Of a stretch of 16,181 nucleotides of DNA, positions 1-9,375 are shown piece after piece (positions within the stretch are counted from its first letter, which is position 1; each line of letters opens with the position of its first letter). The stretch comes from Fibrobacteria bacterium (GTDB taxonomy: Bacteria > Fibrobacterota > Fibrobacteria > UBA11236): assembly GCA_043732185.1 (NCBI GenBank), contig JAYTHY010000013.1, positions 1-16,181 on the forward strand. The letters run 5' to 3'. Both the position numbers and the translations under genes were made by a program. Below the pieces are notes generated by a model that was given only the letters and a program-made list of their open reading frames with translations, searched no databases and was not told the origin of the DNA.

Positions 1-2
1 CC

Positions 3-1165
<1,163 letters not shown>

Positions 1166-1166
<1 letters not shown>

Positions 1167-1927
1167 TGAAATACAAGATTAGAGTGTGGCGGCAAAAAGA
1201 CGCCAACTCCCCCGGCGTCTTTAAAGAATACGAAGCCCATGACATTCTCGAAGACATGTCCTTTCTGGAAATGCTCGATGAAGTCAATATCGACTTAGTC
1301 AAAAAAAATGAAGAGCCGATCGCATTCGAAAGTGATTGCCGCGAAGGCATTTGCGGAACCTGCTGTCAGATGGTCAACGGCGAAGCCCACGGCCCCGAGG
1401 CTGCTACCACCGTGTGCCAACTGTTCATGCGCAGCTTCAAAGACGGGGACACTATAGTCATCGAACCCTGGCGCGCCAAAGCCTTCCCCATCATTCGCGA
1501 TCTCATGGTGGATCGCTCCGCCTTCGATAAAATCATCGCGTCCGGTGGTTTCATTTCGGCCAATGTGGGTGGAGCCAAGGATGCCAATAACATCCTCATC
1601 CCCAAACCCGACGCCGACACCGCCATGGACGCGGCCCAATGCATAGGCTGCGGTGCCTGTGTGGCCGCCTGCCCCAATGCATCGGCCATGCTTTTCGTGG
1701 CAGCCAAGGTGTCACACTTAGCGCATATGCCGCAAGGTCAACCCGAAAAAGCCCGCCGAGCCTTAGCTATGGTTTCCACCATGGACAAACTTGGCTTCGG
1801 CAATTGCTCCAATCATTATGAATGCGAGTCGGCTTGCCCGAAGGAAATTTCTGTCACCCACATTGCGAAGATGAATGTGGAATACGGCAGTGCCAGTTTG
1901 ATCAGTAAGGAAAATCCTCAAAGCTGA
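1166..1927 (+). CDS. sdhB: Succinate dehydrogenase/fumarate reductase iron-sulfur subunit
   Basis: [2Fe-2S] motif [10 protein letters not shown]...C, ferredoxin-type [12 protein letters not shown] and [12 protein letters not shown]. Translationally coupled to sdhA. Confidence 0.96.
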
Positions 1928-1929
1928 AC

Positions 1930-1973
1930 CTGACCAACACATTGATCGAACTTGCGATCAATGCGTTGGTCAG
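1930..1973. terminator. Long hairpin between convergent genes, probable bidirectional terminator or mRNA-end stem
   Basis: CTGACCAACACATTGATCG (1930-1948), loop AACTTG, CGATCAATGCGTTGGTCAG (1955-1973). 19-bp stem with one mismatch, which is G-U on the minus strand. No poly-T tail. Confidence 0.7.
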
Positions 1974-1982
1974 CCGACCCAG

Positions 1983-2513
1983 TTACATCCTGACGGCAGT
2001 GTAGGTCTGTGTAAGATTGGTGGTGTAGGTCATCCCCCCGAAACTATATGTTTTCTGCATATGGCTGATACTGGTCAACCTGCTGTTGGAAATCCCAACT
2101 TCGGATTTCAGCGTATCGGTTTTGGCCGCCGTAGGGGTGGACTTATAAATGGTGGTGAGCGTGCTGCCACTTAGGCTCCAGGTTCCCGTTAATACGGCTA
2201 CCGTGCTGGTGGATTTAGGCAATCCCTGCGAAGGCTCATTAGCAATAAAGGTCATGTCTGCTTTGAATTGGGTGTAATAAGTACTGTCCGAAAAAATCGC
2301 GGTGTCATTGAGACTCGTCGTAGTGTCTTTAGGCGGTGTGGTGGTGGTAACTCTCATAGTCCCTTCCTGTTTCATAGATTCAATGCGCCATTTTCCAACC
2401 AATGCTTCCATATCCACGGGTCCGAGCCCACCCGTTCCGCTGCTGCTATTGCATCCCGCCATCATGAAGCCCAACACCGTCAATACCGAAATCAGTCCAT
2501 AAATCTTTTTCAT
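1983..2513 (-). CDS. Lipoprotein with lipocalin-like beta-barrel domain
   Basis: Signal MKKIYGLISVLTVLGFMMAG-C (lipobox), LVGKW and GTWSLSGSTLT motifs, Thr/Ser-rich beta strands. Confidence 0.7.
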   Translation of the reverse strand: MKKIYGLISVLTVLGFMMAGCNSSSGTGGLGPVDMEALVGKWRIESMKQEGTMRVTTTTPPKDTTTSLNDTAIFSDSTYYTQFKADMTFIANEPSQGLPKSTSTVAVLTGTWSLSGSTLTTIYKSTPTAAKTDTLKSEVGISNSRLTSISHMQKTYSFGGMTYTTNLTQTYTAVRM

Positions 2514-2579
2514 AACGCCCCTTTGCAGATCCTCAAGAGGATCCAGTTAAACGTGTTCACCTAGATTTCATTACAAATA

Positions 2580-3467
2580 TCACGGTTTCTTATCCAAAAT
2601 CACCAAATCCACACGTCGATTCTTCTGCTTACCTTCCTTAGTAGCATTGTCAGCTACTGGCTTACTGAAACCGAATCCCGCCGACGTGAGCCGCGTTGCA
2701 GCCACGCCTCCAGGAGTTATCATATAATCCATCACATTGCTTGCGCGCAGTTCGGACAATTTCTGGTTGTATTCTTCGCCGCCCACATTGTCCGTATGGC
2801 CTTCCACCACTACGTTAGCGTCTTTATAAATGGTGAGAATACCAGCGATTTTAGCCAGGTTTACTTTAAGGTCCGTGGTCAACGTCGCCTTGCCTACATC
2901 AAAAAGAATGTCTGACATGGAGATGATGGTGCCGCGCGCATCCTTATGTACCTGAATGAGCGCGCTATTCAATTCACCAAAACGCTTCTCTGCATCATCC
3001 TTTGCTGCCGCGGCTTTGCGCTTTTGTTCTTCCAGGTCGGACTTGAGACTGGACGCGTAACCGCGTTCCAACTTGCTGATTTCAACTTGAGTGGCATTGA
3101 GTTCGGACAGGGTGGCGGACCTCTGTTCCTGAAGCTGGGACCGTTCGGCTTGACTGGACAATCCTTGGATTTGCACCAATGCAGCTTCTGTCATCAGCGA
3201 GCACGCTTGCACCCAGGCAGGCGCTTCCTTGGACTTGGGATTCTCCAGGAGGCGACTTTGTATTTCCTTAATGCGCGCTTTGGCGATGGGATAAAGATCC
3301 GGTGAGGGACCCTTGCGATCCAATCCATTCAGAGCGGCATCCAGCTTGTTTTCCAAGGATTCAAGTGGTTTCAGGGTGGGTGTAGCGGCGGCAACGGAAA
3401 TTGAATTGGCGATCAGGATCACAAAAACTCCAGCCACTGCGATTTTAAAAACGGACTGACTGTTCAT
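2580..3467 (-). CDS. OmpA-family peptidoglycan-binding protein with N-terminal coiled coil
   Basis: Signal peptide, then a helical coiled-coil region. C-terminal OmpA domain: DILFDVGKATL, VEGHTDNVG, YNQKLSELRASNV, NRRVDLVI. ATGA overlap with the upstream gene at 3464-3467. Confidence 0.9.
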   Translation of the reverse strand: MNSQSVFKIAVAGVFVILIANSISVAAATPTLKPLESLENKLDAALNGLDRKGPSPDLYPIAKARIKEIQSRLLENPKSKEAPAWVQACSLMTEAALVQIQGLSSQAERSQLQEQRSATLSELNATQVEISKLERGYASSLKSDLEEQKRKAAAAKDDAEKRFGELNSALIQVHKDARGTIISMSDILFDVGKATLTTDLKVNLAKIAGILTIYKDANVVVEGHTDNVGGEEYNQKLSELRASNVMDYMITPGGVAATRLTSAGFGFSKPVADNATKEGKQKNRRVDLVILDKKP

Positions 3468-3850
3468 GGTTTCCTCACGATCTTCATTTCCTCGAGGATT
3501 TGCTGATAGGTCTGCAGCTGATCCTTGTCTTTGGCCAGAGCGGCCTTGAGGCTCTGCACTTGGGCTTGGACTTCGTTCAGTTCTCGACGCGCCAGCGCCA
3601 AGTGGTACAAGGTGGTTGCCAAATCAGCCTCTTCCAAGGCCGGTTCCTCGTCACCGTCTTTCATATGACGCGCTGAAGCGATGAGCAGGGAGTCCCCCTT
3701 TTGCGTCTCCGCGTTCGCGATTTCGGCGCGCTTGCAGAACTCTTGGAGATGTTGACTTTCGGTTTGGCTGCGTTCTACCAAGAGCGAATGGCTCGCACCA
3801 CAGGCTACGAGTCCAAGTACCACCAAAATGCTAAGTGATTTTTTAATCAT
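3464..3850 (-). CDS. Small helical lipoprotein co-transcribed with the OmpA gene (DUF4398-like arrangement)
   Basis: Start placed at ATG 3850, preceded by AGGAGG, rather than 3877. MIKKSLSILVVLGLVA-C lipobox and coiled-coil C-terminus. The family assignment is inferred from gene order. Confidence 0.7.
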   Translation of the reverse strand: MIKKSLSILVVLGLVACGASHSLLVERSQTESQHLQEFCKRAEIANAETQKGDSLLIASARHMKDGDEEPALEEADLATTLYHLALARRELNEVQAQVQSLKAALAKDKDQLQTYQQILEEMKIVRKP

Positions 3851-3952
3851 GCCGCCTCCTTTAATTTCCAAAGGCATCGATATTCAAATAAAGGTGCCGA
3901 TGCTTAAATCTAATGCACTAGAGCCGGTTTTGGGGCTTCAATGTGCACGTCT

Positions 3953-5095
3953 TTACGCTTCCCCGTCCTGGAGTATTGCGAATTTCTCTATGTTTTTCGG
4001 GGTGATCACTTTGATTTCAGTACCCGGATAGGCTTCAAGAAATGCCTTCTGCGTTTTTACCTTGGCCTTTGGATTCCATTTGAACTCGTAAGCGTGCAGC
4101 TTTCCTTCATACTCCTCGATGTAATCGATTTCATGCTGAGTAGTGGTTCTCCAGAAATAGCGGCTCACCCTTTTTCCGGCATACTCCAGCGTTTTCATGC
4201 GCTCCACAATGCAATAGTTCTCCCATAGCGCACCGGTATCATTGCGAAGAGCCGGAGGATTATAGGTGTTGATAATCGCATTCCGGATTCCGATATCGCA
4301 GAAGTAAATTTTCCTTCCTCGCTTGATTTCATTACGCATGTTTCGGCTAAGGGCAGGTAATCGAAAAATCACAAATGACTTTTCCAGTAGGTCCAAGTAT
4401 CTTTCCACCGACTCTTTGTCGAGCTCCACCATTTGGGACAATTCATTGTAGGAGACTTCATTGCCTAATTGTAGAGCCAATGCCTTGACCAGTTTTTCCA
4501 ATACTGCCGGTTTCCTAATCTGCTGATAGGCCAGAAGATCTTTGTAAAGGTAGCTGCTGAATAATTCGTTGAGATGCGTTTGCTCAAGGCCTGGCTGAGT
4601 GACGACGCTGGGATAGAATCCGTACATCAACCTGTGTTCGATCATTCGGATCTCGGTTAATAGGCCGGTTTGCCCAGCCAACTCCTCAAACGACAAAGGG
4701 TAGAGATTGAGCTCATATTTTCGTCCAGTCATGGACTCGCTAATACCGGCAGCCAATTCCAAAGCCGAAGACCCAGTTACGATGAATTGGATCTCGGGAT
4801 TGGCGTCCACCAAAAGCTTAACAACCAGTCCCACACTTTCGATTCGCTGGGCCTCATCGAGCACCACGGTTTTGGCATTCCCGATCAGTAATTTCAGTTT
4901 CTCGGCGGAAGGCTCCCTGAATAGATCCTGGGTTCCAGGCTCTTCAGCGTTGTACCAGCGGACATCCGAGGAGCTGCGGTTGAAGAGGCTTTCCACCAAT
5001 GTAGTTTTGCCCACTTGCCTAGGACCCAGCACCACAATGGCCCTTTTCCGGTGCATGAAGTATTGAATTTGCTTTGCAAGGAGCCTGGGAATCAC
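3953..5095 (-). CDS. AAA-family ATP-binding protein (AAA_14 + DUF4143 with PD-(D/E)xK-like C-terminus)
   Basis: Walker A GPRQVGKTT, Walker B VVLDEAQ, TGSS, ESMTGRK, KIYFCDIGIRN, GALWEN, YFWRT..QHEIDYI...AYEFKW. GTG start. Confidence 0.92.
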   Translation of the reverse strand: MIPRLLAKQIQYFMHRKRAIVVLGPRQVGKTTLVESLFNRSSSDVRWYNAEEPGTQDLFREPSAEKLKLLIGNAKTVVLDEAQRIESVGLVVKLLVDANPEIQFIVTGSSALELAAGISESMTGRKYELNLYPLSFEELAGQTGLLTEIRMIEHRLMYGFYPSVVTQPGLEQTHLNELFSSYLYKDLLAYQQIRKPAVLEKLVKALALQLGNEVSYNELSQMVELDKESVERYLDLLEKSFVIFRLPALSRNMRNEIKRGRKIYFCDIGIRNAIINTYNPPALRNDTGALWENYCIVERMKTLEYAGKRVSRYFWRTTTQHEIDYIEEYEGKLHAYEFKWNPKAKVKTQKAFLEAYPGTEIKVITPKNIEKFAILQDGEA

Positions 5096-5187
5096 AGGAA
5101 AATAATACCTATTTTATCGGATTAAACCGAGAAATAACTGATAATGTTGCGGTTACAGCCTCAATTAACCGGTTTCTGTGAAAATTA

Positions 5188-5271
5188 TGCCTGAGAGGAG
5201 AGTCGAACTCCTACATCCTTGCGGACACAAGAACCTGAATCTTGCGTGTCTACCAATTCCACCACCCAGGC
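5188..5271 (-). tRNA. tRNA-Leu (anticodon CAG)
   Basis: Minus strand reads GCCTGGGTGGTGGAATTGGTAGACACGCAAGATTCAGGTTCTTGTGTCCGCAAGGATGTAGGAGTTCGACTCTCCTCTCAGGCA. Acceptor stem GCCTGGG/CTCAGGC, anticodon arm CAAGA-TTCAGGT-TCTTG, long variable arm, GTTCGA T-loop, discriminator A. CCA is not encoded. Confidence 0.97.
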
Positions 5272-5308
5272 GCGGTATCCACGTCCAAAGGACGGGAGGT
5301 GGCTCGGA

Positions 5309-5337
5309 AAGATGGGAAAATCCAGGTCCAATGTCAA
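5309..5337 (-). promoter_or_regulatory. Putative sigma-70 promoter of tRNA-Leu
   Basis: Minus strand TTGACA (5337-5332), 17 nt, CATCTT (5314-5309), followed by GC-rich TCCGAGCC, about 37 nt before the tRNA. Confidence 0.55.
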
Positions 5338-5350
5338 CCGCTAGGCCGGC

Positions 5351-5824
5351 CTATTGAATCAGGGGCATGCAGCATTTCTTGAATTTCTTGCCGCTCCCAC
5401 AGGGGCAGGCGTCGTTTCTACCCACATCCGTGTATTGCTTCTTAAAGGTTGTCCCTTTGACCGAACCATCCGCCCGCAAACTTTCCAGATATTTTCCCCG
5501 CACAGTATCCAAGCACATCAGCCAGGCACCGGCAGGCGGAAAGCGGCCCGTATCTTTTAGAAAGGTGAAAAAGCCTTCGAGAATATCCGGCACCGCTTTT
5601 TTCAATTCCACGGAAATCGCCAGCCTGGGCATGCTGTTGAGGATGACATGCTCGACATCCCGGCCCTTCATTCCCTCCAAGGAAGGCGGGGCCAAATCGT
5701 GGGCATGGCGGAAAAAGGCAGTTAAAATGGACTCGGCGCCATCCTTTGCGGGGCCATTTAGAAAGAGAAAGTGTTCCGAGGTGGCATACTCGGATACCAG
5801 GCTTTCGGCTTGATCGTGAAACAT
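5351..5824 (-). CDS. SEC-C metal-binding motif protein
   Basis: C-terminal [19 protein letters not shown]. The helical N-terminal domain is of unknown function. Confidence 0.88.
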   Translation of the reverse strand: MFHDQAESLVSEYATSEHFLFLNGPAKDGAESILTAFFRHAHDLAPPSLEGMKGRDVEHVILNSMPRLAISVELKKAVPDILEGFFTFLKDTGRFPPAGAWLMCLDTVRGKYLESLRADGSVKGTTFKKQYTDVGRNDACPCGSGKKFKKCCMPLIQ

Positions 5825-5917
5825 GAACGAAAATTAGAATTTTCGGTTTGCTATTTTAACTTTCTCATGACGTAGAGCGACGCAGCGCATTCAACGACGT
5901 CTCGCAGAGGAATTGAA

Positions 5918-6994
5918 TTGGCCCATTCACAGGGTGAAAACCCCGAAACCACCTCCGAATTCCCACCGCCGCGAAAAAGACGCGTGTGGTTATCCGCATC
6001 CATGTTTTTCCTGACATTGCTTTTAGCCATGCTGCTGCATCGCTGCCAAAATGAAAAGTTGCCGCCGGCTTCCACTTTGCCCAGCGCCCAACCTGGAAAA
6101 CCTTTTAATGAAGAACCACTGGATTCGATTAAACCACCCGCCACTGAAACCACGCTGACAAAAAATCCCACACCCATAACTACCAATACGGCATCCCATC
6201 CCAAACTCGCCGAACAGATTCCTGCCCAGCTCCGAGTTGCCCCCGGGGATTCCGGTCCCTATATCTACGCCGATCCTTGGGGTGGACGTCATTTCGACTC
6301 CGTGCGCGTTGCGCTGCATTGTCGCGAAGAGTGTCTGATTCTCTATTCCTTGGAAGACAGCGTCCACTTCAAATCCTATGAGACACCGTTCACATTTCGA
6401 AGGAATACAACGCTCTGGTTATCGGGAATCGACTCTTTGCGTCGACAAGTGGCACCCATCCGAGTTGAGTACGTGATTGAACGAAACCCCGGAGCCTGCT
6501 CGGAAAACTCAATGCCTGTCGAGGTCAATGGCAAGTCCGTTTGCATGGATGTTTTTGAATGGCCAAATCGGGAAGGGGCATTTCCATCCACCTTTGTGAA
6601 TCAACAGGAAGCATCAGATTCTTGTAAACATGCGCACAAACGCCTGTGTACCGAAGAAGAATGGCGAACGACATGTCAAGGTCCAGATAAAGCCACCTAT
6701 CCCTACGGAAATAAATACAATGAGAATTATTGCCCCGCCAAAGAAGCCGCCGTCACCCGTTCCGGCCGATTTCCGGTGTGCCGATCCTATTACGGAGTGT
6801 ACGACCAAACCGGCAACCTTTGGGAATGGACCTCAACCCCATCCAAATCCGACTCCGACTTTTTCCTAGTGGCGGGCGGCAACTGGGATTCCGGAAATGA
6901 AGGCACGTGCAGTCTAGCCAAATTCAGTTTTTATCCTTCGGTACGTTATCCTTTTGTTGGATTTCGATGTTGCCAGAATGTGACGGGGAAATGA
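5918..6994 (+). CDS. Membrane-anchored formylglycine-generating-enzyme (FGE/SUMF1)-fold protein
   Basis: RKRR followed by a hydrophobic anchor, a Pro/Thr linker and a small beta domain. FGE-sulfatase motifs KRLCTEEEW, YPYGN, YGVYDQTGNLWEWT, GGNW, GFRCC. TTG start. Confidence 0.85.
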   Translation: MAHSQGENPETTSEFPPPRKRRVWLSASMFFLTLLLAMLLHRCQNEKLPPASTLPSAQPGKPFNEEPLDSIKPPATETTLTKNPTPITTNTASHPKLAEQIPAQLRVAPGDSGPYIYADPWGGRHFDSVRVALHCREECLILYSLEDSVHFKSYETPFTFRRNTTLWLSGIDSLRRQVAPIRVEYVIERNPGACSENSMPVEVNGKSVCMDVFEWPNREGAFPSTFVNQQEASDSCKHAHKRLCTEEEWRTTCQGPDKATYPYGNKYNENYCPAKEAAVTRSGRFPVCRSYYGVYDQTGNLWEWTSTPSKSDSDFFLVAGGNWDSGNEGTCSLAKFSFYPSVRYPFVGFRCCQNVTGK

Positions 6995-7091
6995 CTGGGG
7001 TAGGCGGATGGAGGGTATCAGAGGGCCTTGCAACAGCAGGCCTTTGCATATTATACTGGCGGAAAAGCTTAAGCGTAGAAGTCTAATACCT

Positions 7092-7949
7092 ATGGAACAG
7101 ATACCAGATACTTCTCCGAGTAATGTGCGCCGATTTGATAGGATTTGGGCAGGCTATCTGGGCCTAGTTGCATTGTTTGCGCTGTCCGTTTGGTTGATCA
7201 ATAAAGCAGACCACTCCAAGCCAATTGATTGGAATGAAAGCCATTTAACCTATCTCCCTTCCGGAAAAATATTAAAACCGATGGCTTTGGACTTTGATGA
7301 AGCTGTTGCCGACTTGTTTTGGATCGATGGCATGCTTTATTTTGCAGACGCCTACTTGGGGCAGAAAAGTTACCAGTGGATGGGCAATATCATTGATATC
7401 GTCACCAAATTGAATCCTAGGTTTCACTATGCCTATGAATTTGCTGGAGTCGTTTTAGGTAGGGAAAAAATCGAAATTCCTTTGACTTTACAGATTCTCG
7501 AGCGCGGTATAACTGAGTTCCATATGGACTGGCGTCTCCGTATCTATGCCAGCTTAGCCCAGTTGAAGCTCGACTCGAATTTCACAAAAGCGGCAGAATA
7601 TTTAAAACCAATCACATTAGCACCGGATGTGCCCGACTATATTCGTACACTATGTGCTACATACTTAGAAAAAGGAGGTGGCCGACGAGTTTCCTTAGCC
7701 TTTTTAGTAGATCGATACATTCACTCTTCAAATAGTATTAATCGAGAAATATTTGTGGAGAAGATACTAAAGCTTTATCCTGAAAATCTTGATAAGAAGG
7801 CCGAACGAAAAAATGGAGTTGAAAAAGTGTTAAATGAAATCTCCCAACAGCCTTCCATCCTAATGGTTGGACTAGGTATAATTCATGAATTCCTTTCCAA
7901 CAACATGTCACCACAAACACAGAAGATAATGGAATTGATTAACAAATAA
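7092..7949 (+). CDS. Membrane-anchored helical/TPR-like protein resembling type IV pilin-accessory proteins
   Basis: Start chosen at ATG 7092 (the ORF track gives 7008). One TM helix, then YLPSGKILKPMALDFDEAVADLFWI, VTKLNPRF..AYEFAG, ILERG....DWR and PDVPDY. I recognise this pattern from proteins encoded beside pilA in deltaproteobacteria. It lies directly upstream of the pilins. Confidence 0.65.
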   Translation: MEQIPDTSPSNVRRFDRIWAGYLGLVALFALSVWLINKADHSKPIDWNESHLTYLPSGKILKPMALDFDEAVADLFWIDGMLYFADAYLGQKSYQWMGNIIDIVTKLNPRFHYAYEFAGVVLGREKIEIPLTLQILERGITEFHMDWRLRIYASLAQLKLDSNFTKAAEYLKPITLAPDVPDYIRTLCATYLEKGGGRRVSLAFLVDRYIHSSNSINREIFVEKILKLYPENLDKKAERKNGVEKVLNEISQQPSILMVGLGIIHEFLSNNMSPQTQKIMELINK

Positions 7950-8110
7950 ATTGTGAAATCTGCCCCAATAACCCTCAAATCCAAAATCCATTTTTGCAAT
8001 TTCTTGTAAAGATTTGCAGAATGCGAAGCACAAGCAGTCTGTTACTCATGCTCGAGCTTAAATTTGTTCAAAATCGGGCGAATTACTGCGTTTCAACTGA
8101 AATAAATTTT

Positions 8111-8125
8111 TGGTACAAACCTTGC
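8111..8125 (+). promoter_or_regulatory. Sigma-54 (RpoN) -24/-12 promoter of the pilin genes
   Basis: TGGTAC-AAACC-TTGC versus consensus TGGCAC-N5-TTGC: one mismatch and exact spacing, 72 nt before the first pilin ATG. Confidence 0.85.
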
Positions 8126-8197
8126 GTTACTTATCACTCGAGACCTGTATATAGTGGTTGAAGCATGAGAGATTCAATAAATATGGAGAGGGAATAG

Positions 8198-8647
8198 ATG
8201 AAACAGAACCAGAGTGGGTTTACTCTCATAGAATTAATGGTCGTTATCGTAATCATTGGAATTCTTACCGCATTAGCTATTCCAAAAATGTTTGGAACCA
8301 GTGCAAAGGCGAAGGCTTCCGAGGCACCGGGTGTGATTTCCAACTGGGAGACCCTGCAAAGTGCTTACGCCTCTGAAAACTCGAAGGCAGGCGATTTTTT
8401 AACGATTGGCTTTGTAGACCCTAGTGCTTCAGTAAGCGGTGGATCAAAATGGTTTAATTATATCGATGGTCTACTTGGTGCACCTCCAGGTCCAACCGCA
8501 TTAATTACCGCCAATCCGGCTTCTGCTTTCGGTGAGTGCGCAATTGGTGATAGCTTCAAATCTGATTTTACAGCTGATGGAGTGGTAGTTTTACATAGTT
8601 CCGATGGAACATGCGCATCTTCTTACGCACCGAATTTCCTACCTTAA
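8198..8647 (+). CDS. pilA: Type IV pilin (copy 1)
   Basis: Class III signal MKQNQSG|FTLIELMVVIVIIGILTALAIP with Glu5. Two Cys in the C-terminal domain. RBS GGAGAGGG. Confidence 0.92.
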   Translation: MKQNQSGFTLIELMVVIVIIGILTALAIPKMFGTSAKAKASEAPGVISNWETLQSAYASENSKAGDFLTIGFVDPSASVSGGSKWFNYIDGLLGAPPGPTALITANPASAFGECAIGDSFKSDFTADGVVVLHSSDGTCASSYAPNFLP

Positions 8648-8713
8648 CTGTCCCAGTTCGCTTTTGATTTCTGTTCAGTTCCTATTTCAATAAACAACCA
8701 AAGGAGTGTCGTT

Positions 8714-9214
8714 ATGAAGTTACAAAAAGGATTTACATTAATTGAGTTGATGGTGGTAATAGTCATTATAGGCATATTGTCTGCCTTAGCTATCCCAAAA
8801 ATGTTTGGAGTTAGTGCCAAGGCAAAAGCGGCAGAAGCACCAGGAGTTATTTCCAATTTTGAAACCCTACAGAGCGCATACTCTCAGGAAACCGGTAAAA
8901 CGGGCTTTACCACTGAAATTGGTTTCGTATTACCCGGAACAGTTGTAGGTGCGGTTGGATCCACAAAGTGGTTCCAATACACAATTACGCCTGCAGCAGT
9001 AGGCGCAGGTGCAACTACAGCGACAATCGTTTCTAAAGTAAATAGTGCTTTTGGAAATTGTGCGCTCACAGATTCTTGGACATCTGGTTTTGATGCTGGT
9101 AAGGATTGCTATGCACATGGAAGCGCGGCTTATCCTAACGCGTCATGCGCTGGAGCCCCAGCTGGAGCACTTCCAGCAACGGCTGGATGTGCAGCATACT
9201 CACCAAATTGGTAA
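8714..9214 (+). CDS. pilA: Type IV pilin (copy 2)
   Basis: MKLQKG|FTLIELMVVIVIIGILSALAIP, four Cys, RBS AAGGAG. Paralog of the upstream pilin. Confidence 0.92.
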   Translation: MKLQKGFTLIELMVVIVIIGILSALAIPKMFGVSAKAKAAEAPGVISNFETLQSAYSQETGKTGFTTEIGFVLPGTVVGAVGSTKWFQYTITPAAVGAGATTATIVSKVNSAFGNCALTDSWTSGFDAGKDCYAHGSAAYPNASCAGAPAGALPATAGCAAYSPNW

Positions 9215-9243
9215 AAATCTAAATTAATTTGGATTAATCTTCG

Positions 9244-9270
9244 GGTCCGGATTAAACCGGGCCTTTTTTT
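9244..9270 (+). terminator. Rho-independent terminator after the pilin pair
   Basis: GGTCCGG-ATTAAA-CCGGGCC stem-loop (one G-U pair) followed by T7 at 9264-9270. Confidence 0.85.
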
Positions 9271-9375
9271 GACATAGTTATAATTATGAGCGAAACGCGC
9301 CGAATACAAAATTCTGCAAAATTGTCCTTGAAGTTTGCTTACTTTATCCTCTCTATTGGTATCACTTTAAAATAA

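Noticed and set aside
5188..5210. tRNA-Leu 3' end as the att site of an integrated island
   Set aside because: I found no duplicate of the tRNA 3' end and no integrase in the window.
8198..9214. Pilin pair as a diversity-generating retroelement or invertible (shufflon) system
   Set aside because: Differences are not adenine-specific, and no reverse transcriptase, recombinase or flanking inversion sites were seen.
5118..9259. Shared 12-mer CGGATTAAACCG at 5118-5129 and 9248-9259
   Set aside because: Several 12-mer matches are expected by chance in 16 kb, and the flanks do not extend the match.
9269..9284. Perfect TTGACA and TATAAT after the pilin terminator
   Set aside because: Only 4 nt apart, so they cannot form one sigma-70 promoter. 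The TATAAT alone may function but cannot be supported.
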